Below are positions 59,865 through 64,000 of a DNA stretch of 64,000 nt, piece by piece. The stretch comes from Podarcis liolepis (lineage: Eukaryota). The notes below the pieces were generated by a model, which had not been told where the DNA came from, did no database searches, and was given only the letters and a program-made list of their open reading frames with translations. The stretch's first letter is position 1. Each line of letters opens with the position of its first letter. The stretch lies in NCBI GenBank assembly GCA_965112155.1, contig OZ218101.1; one strand, given 5' to 3'. Made by a program: the position numbers and the translations under genes.

Positions 59865-60000
59865 AAGATACCTACAAAGCTTGCTGGAAATAGCTTAAAT
59901 AATGGTTTAGCATGCTTATACTCTCTTTTTTGCTGTTGCTGTTGTTTCCCTATGCACTGATTATTCATAGTAAATATGTACATGGCTAAATATACATAGG

Positions 60001-60003
<3 letters not shown>

Positions 60004-60043
<40 letters not shown>
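60004..60043. repeat. (CA)n microsatellite
   Basis: Direct reading. Confidence 0.95.
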
Positions 60044-60044
<1 letters not shown>

Positions 60045-60051
60045 ATATATC

Positions 60052-60185
60052 CAGTGCTATTCTTCTAAACAAAGAGGTGCCGGAACTCACCATGAACACC
60101 TCCCTTGTTCTCTTATAATGCAATGGCGCCCACCTGAGAGGTGCCAGAACTGAGTTCCAGTTAGTTCCAGCTGAAAAAAGCCCTG
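60052..60185. mobile_element. hAT-type MITE
   Basis: CAGTGCTATT...AAAAGCCCTG; 8-bp TSD CATATATC/CATATATT. Confidence 0.8.
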
Positions 60186-60249
60186 CATATATTACATATT
60201 CTGTATGTTTGTAAAGGTTGTTGCCTTATTGTTACTATTGTTATTATTA

Positions 60250-60485
60250 CAGTGGTACCTCTGGTTAAGTACTTAATTCGTTCCGGAGGTCCGTTCTTAA
60301 CCTGAAACTGTTCTTAACCTGAAGCACCACTTTAGCTAATGGGGCCTCCCGCTGCCGCCATGCCGCCGGAGCATGATTTCTGTTCTCATCCTGAAGCAAA
60401 GTTCTTAACCTGAAGCACTATTTCTGGGTTAGCAGAGTCTGTAACCTGAAGCAAAGCATATGTAACCTGAAGCATATGTAACCTG
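60250..60485. mobile_element. Family-A MITE lacking its right TIR
   Basis: Left TIR and body intact; runs directly into a SINE. Confidence 0.85.
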
Positions 60486-60826
60486 TACGGGTCAGTTGTG
60501 TCCGACTCTAGGGTTGCGCGCTCATCTCGCTCAAGAGGCCGTGAGCTGGCACCGTCCGAAGACACTTCCGGGTCACATGGCCAGTGTGACAAAGCTGCAG
60601 CTGGCGAGCCAGCACCAGCGCAGCACACGGAAACACCGTTTACCTTTCCACTATAAAGCGGTCCCTATTTATCTACTTGCACTTAGGGGTGCTTTCGAAC
60701 TGCTAGGTGGACAGGAGCTGGGACCGAACGACGGGAGCTCACCCCGCTGCGGGGATTCGAACCGCCGACCTTGCGATCAGCAAGTCCTAGGCACTGAGGT
60801 TTTACCCACAGCGCCACCTGCATCCC
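60486..60826 (-). mobile_element. Sauria SINE (distinct subfamily), tail lost
   Basis: Sauria head and body with diagnostic variants (GACACTTCCGGGTCAC, GCGGTCCCTATTTATC); no ACCTTT tail. Confidence 0.9.
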
Positions 60827-61439
60827 CGTATTTATTATTATTAGATTCAAGTAATCTCACAAGGAAGAAGCTATTGCGAGTGTCTATCATCCCAATCTTC
60901 TTTCATACTTTGTTTCTTGCTTTTTAAAAACAGCATCCAGAACCTTTGTCGAGAGGTTTCCATGCACAACAAAGTGACCGGTATGTGGATGATAGCATCA
61001 CTCAGTGGCTCCACAGCTGGATGTCCTTCCCAACTGAATTACAAAACAAGCAGAAAGATATACCCCAATCCTTGCTACACAGGACAGGTGGAGAATGTGT
61101 GCACCAGATGTGTGTAGCACAAAAGCTCTTCCAATTTGGGTAGGTCATCTGATCATATGGTACCCTGCCTGTGTGACTCTACCTCACTAGTCAGAGTTAC
61201 AACTGTTTTGAGCATCTCCTTAGCCTCTTCAGCATCCCCCTCAAAGTCCCCTCTTTATCTCTCTCTTTAGGATTTCAGACAGGGACTCTTTCCCAGTCCT
61301 GCCTGGCACCTTCTGCATGCAAAGAAGATGCTCAGCCACTGAGCTACAGCCTTTCCGGAAAACAGCCTAATAGGCACTGGCAGAAGTGAGATTCAAGAAG
61401 TATTGTAATCTTCATTAAACATCTTCAACCATACGTTGC

Positions 61440-61920
61440 ACTATATGCCATAATATTTTAATTGGTAGCTTAATCAATAAGTTAGTTAAGAGCAAGACAA
61501 TTAATCTGCAAAAAATCCTTAAACCAGTTAACAACTGTAATTGTCAGTATACATTAGCATCATATAGGATTATCAGACTTCGTGAAGTATTAAGCTTCAA
61601 TAAACTTTCATTATTAACAGACAATGGGGCCTGTGTAGATGCATTATTAATAATCTCTTGGCTTGCAAGAGCATTGTGATATTTTCATATGAGGAAAGTA
61701 ATTCTTTTATATCAAACAGTATTATTTCAAAGGCATAATTGCGTAATTGGGGTCAGTAATCGCTTGGTCATTCCCAGAGCAGAACATTCTTGCAGGGTAA
61801 AAGATTTATTGTCCTGACAATAGAGAGCAAATTTTAATATTTCTGAAAAATTGAGGCCTATTAATCCTGGCAAGTGTTACTCTGAAACACAAGGAAATGA
61901 TAAAACTTTGATCTAATTTT
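61440..61920. promoter_or_regulatory. Candidate conserved enhancer-like element
   Basis: Unique AT-rich sequence dense in TAAT/ATTA, ACAAT and TGTCA/TGACA motifs; no repeat hallmarks. Confidence 0.35.
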
Positions 61921-64000
61921 CCCTTTGAAGGAGAATTGAAGGGATGGAGGGGGAGACTTAACCACATGTAGCCTGGAACTGATTATAAAACAAATCTGAT
62001 TTTTCAGTAGGGGGAAAACAGCAAGAGCTAAAACCTCTCATTGTAGCCTTAAGATGTAGTTAGTAGGATTTTGTCTTATTACTCAGGAAATGAATAGGTG
62101 TTTCACAATGGCTTTTATGCATCTTCTACTCAGCCAATGTATCTTAAGGTGCCTAATTTTCTGATTCATTACATACTAAATCTTCAATGAAGACTAATTT
62201 TATATGTGGTGACCTTGTACAAAATACCTCAGCCCCCAGTTTATTTTCGTTTTTCAAAATAAACTTAAAATACAACAATGATGGTAAGCTATACTCCATG
62301 GCAGAAACAACCAGATTTGGGTAAGCTCCAAGATGGAAAGGTGGCCAGAAAAATAAAAAAAAAATGGACCATGGAAGAGACAAAGCAGAGATTTGGATGG
62401 AAAACACTGTTTTCTTTGAATGATTTCTGAAACAGAACACGTCAGCTCTGACTGGAATCTTTGCATTGTGGTGGTATTATTATTATTATTATTATTATTA
62501 ATTTGATCTCTAGAATTTCAATGGGAAAGACACAGCAAGGTTTCATAGGCATGGAGGATTGAGGGCACTCTTGATATCAGCAACCAATGGACCAGTCTTC
62601 ATTCCTTCACTTATACCTATAGGTACTGTATATCTACAGTCCCTTCTGGAAAGCAAGATGCAAAAGAATTCACATTAGTCCAATCAAGGATGCCAAGCAA
62701 AGCTTTTAATTAATTTACATCTGGGCTAAATGTGAAACACTCTGCTAGAGGAAACATTCCCCTCCCCCAACACCCCATGGTCCTCTTGCTTGAGCACACC
62801 TTCTTTTTTGATCCCATTCTCTCCCTCTCAATTTATCTTCACTTAATCAAAGAAAGACAGCACAAAACCTTGCAGAGTGACAAAGAAATAAAAATACTGT
62901 TCAATGTTAAGGTAGGAGAATGGAAGTATTGTTGGCGTTGTGATAACAGTTAGCATGAACCTCCACCTAATATGATCAACTTCCGGTTGTGCCTCTGAGA
63001 GAGGGAAAGGAGAGACCTCTGTGTGCTCAACAGCAGATCAAATGAGGTCGATCATCAGTTTGCTAAAGGTCAGTAGATGAATTGTTTATGGGCTCCTCCA
63101 GATGATTTATTTATTGAGTTTTCATTCTGATTGGCTTGCCCAGTGCTTACGTAGAGGGTAGACTATGTTTGGTCTTTATTGAGCACTTGTTCTATTTGCT
63201 TAGAGGGTTTTTACACATCTTCTAGTTAATCACTCATTCATTCATCCCACACTTTCCAAAATGCAAAAGTAGGGTTTCTGTTGTGGTTGTTTAAGTGAAA
63301 TTGTTGCACTAGGGCAACAGAACACTTTAATTTACTTTAAATGTGCAAACCTTAAATTCTGGTATGCACTTGAATCTTTCCTGCAAAATAGCAACAGTCT
63401 GGAGGCGAATTTAAAGTCTGGAGGTACCCTAAATCAAGAAGGCAAAAAGGAGAGGAAGGAGATCATAGAGCAATAAGTATGAGGCAAAGAAAAACTAGGG
63501 AAGACTGTCAGGCATAAGTAAGAATCATGACTAGTAGTCACATACAAAATGCATTAAAAAGCACAAGATTTACAACACACACCTGGTCACACACCTCTCA
63601 TGTGGAGAAGAGAATAAACCTGTCACGGGCACAGACTTGCTACTGAGGCAACTGTAGAGAATGAAACCCCTAAGCAATCTCAGGTAAGACTCCAGGGAGT
63701 TCTGTACAGTGGGTGACAGAGGGTGTCTCTTGCTGCCACCCCACAGGTACAAAATGTAAAGGGACAAGAAGGAACTCAAATGGGCCAAAGAGGAGTTCAG
63801 GAAGATAAAGCATCTGCAACAACATCTGCACTGAGTGGGATGGCTCTAGGACTCACGCCTCCTCCCAAAGCCCTGTGCCTCACATAGCCAGCTTTTGCAA
63901 GGCAACGCAAGGGCTGGGGGTGTGTGTGTGTCACATTTCAGCCTTGCTTCCCTGCATGCACAACAAGGCAGTGTGCAGCCTGTGGATTCCAGGCCAAAGT

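Overview
Repeat-rich, apparently non-coding (intronic or intergenic) vertebrate DNA. Sauria SINEs, Squam3-like SINEs, a BovB tail and CR1/L2 relics point to a squamate, most likely a lacertid lizard. I recognise no host protein-coding exon, rRNA or true tRNA; nearly all ORFs in the track are chance frames in repeats. Main contents: (1) a Penelope-like element at the left edge with an inverted junction, a GIY-YIG C-terminus and a minimal hammerhead ribozyme; (2) six Sauria SINEs and many other tRNA-derived SINEs; (3) several TA-target and 8-bp-TSD (hAT) MITE families, some nested; (4) three solo LTRs within 5 kb (47260-48011, 50196-50952, 51831-52073), each with a perfect 5-bp TSD. The most striking observation is that all three LTRs carry a sense ORF opening at the LTR's first bases, in the same phase. 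The two long ones encode acidic-then-basic disordered proteins. Two related LTR copies show an excess of synonymous changes, an in-frame deletion and a conserved stop (TAG/TAA). The third ends in an HMGN-like RRSxRL motif. Several unique, TF-motif-dense stretches look like conserved non-coding elements, but this cannot be confirmed without alignments.
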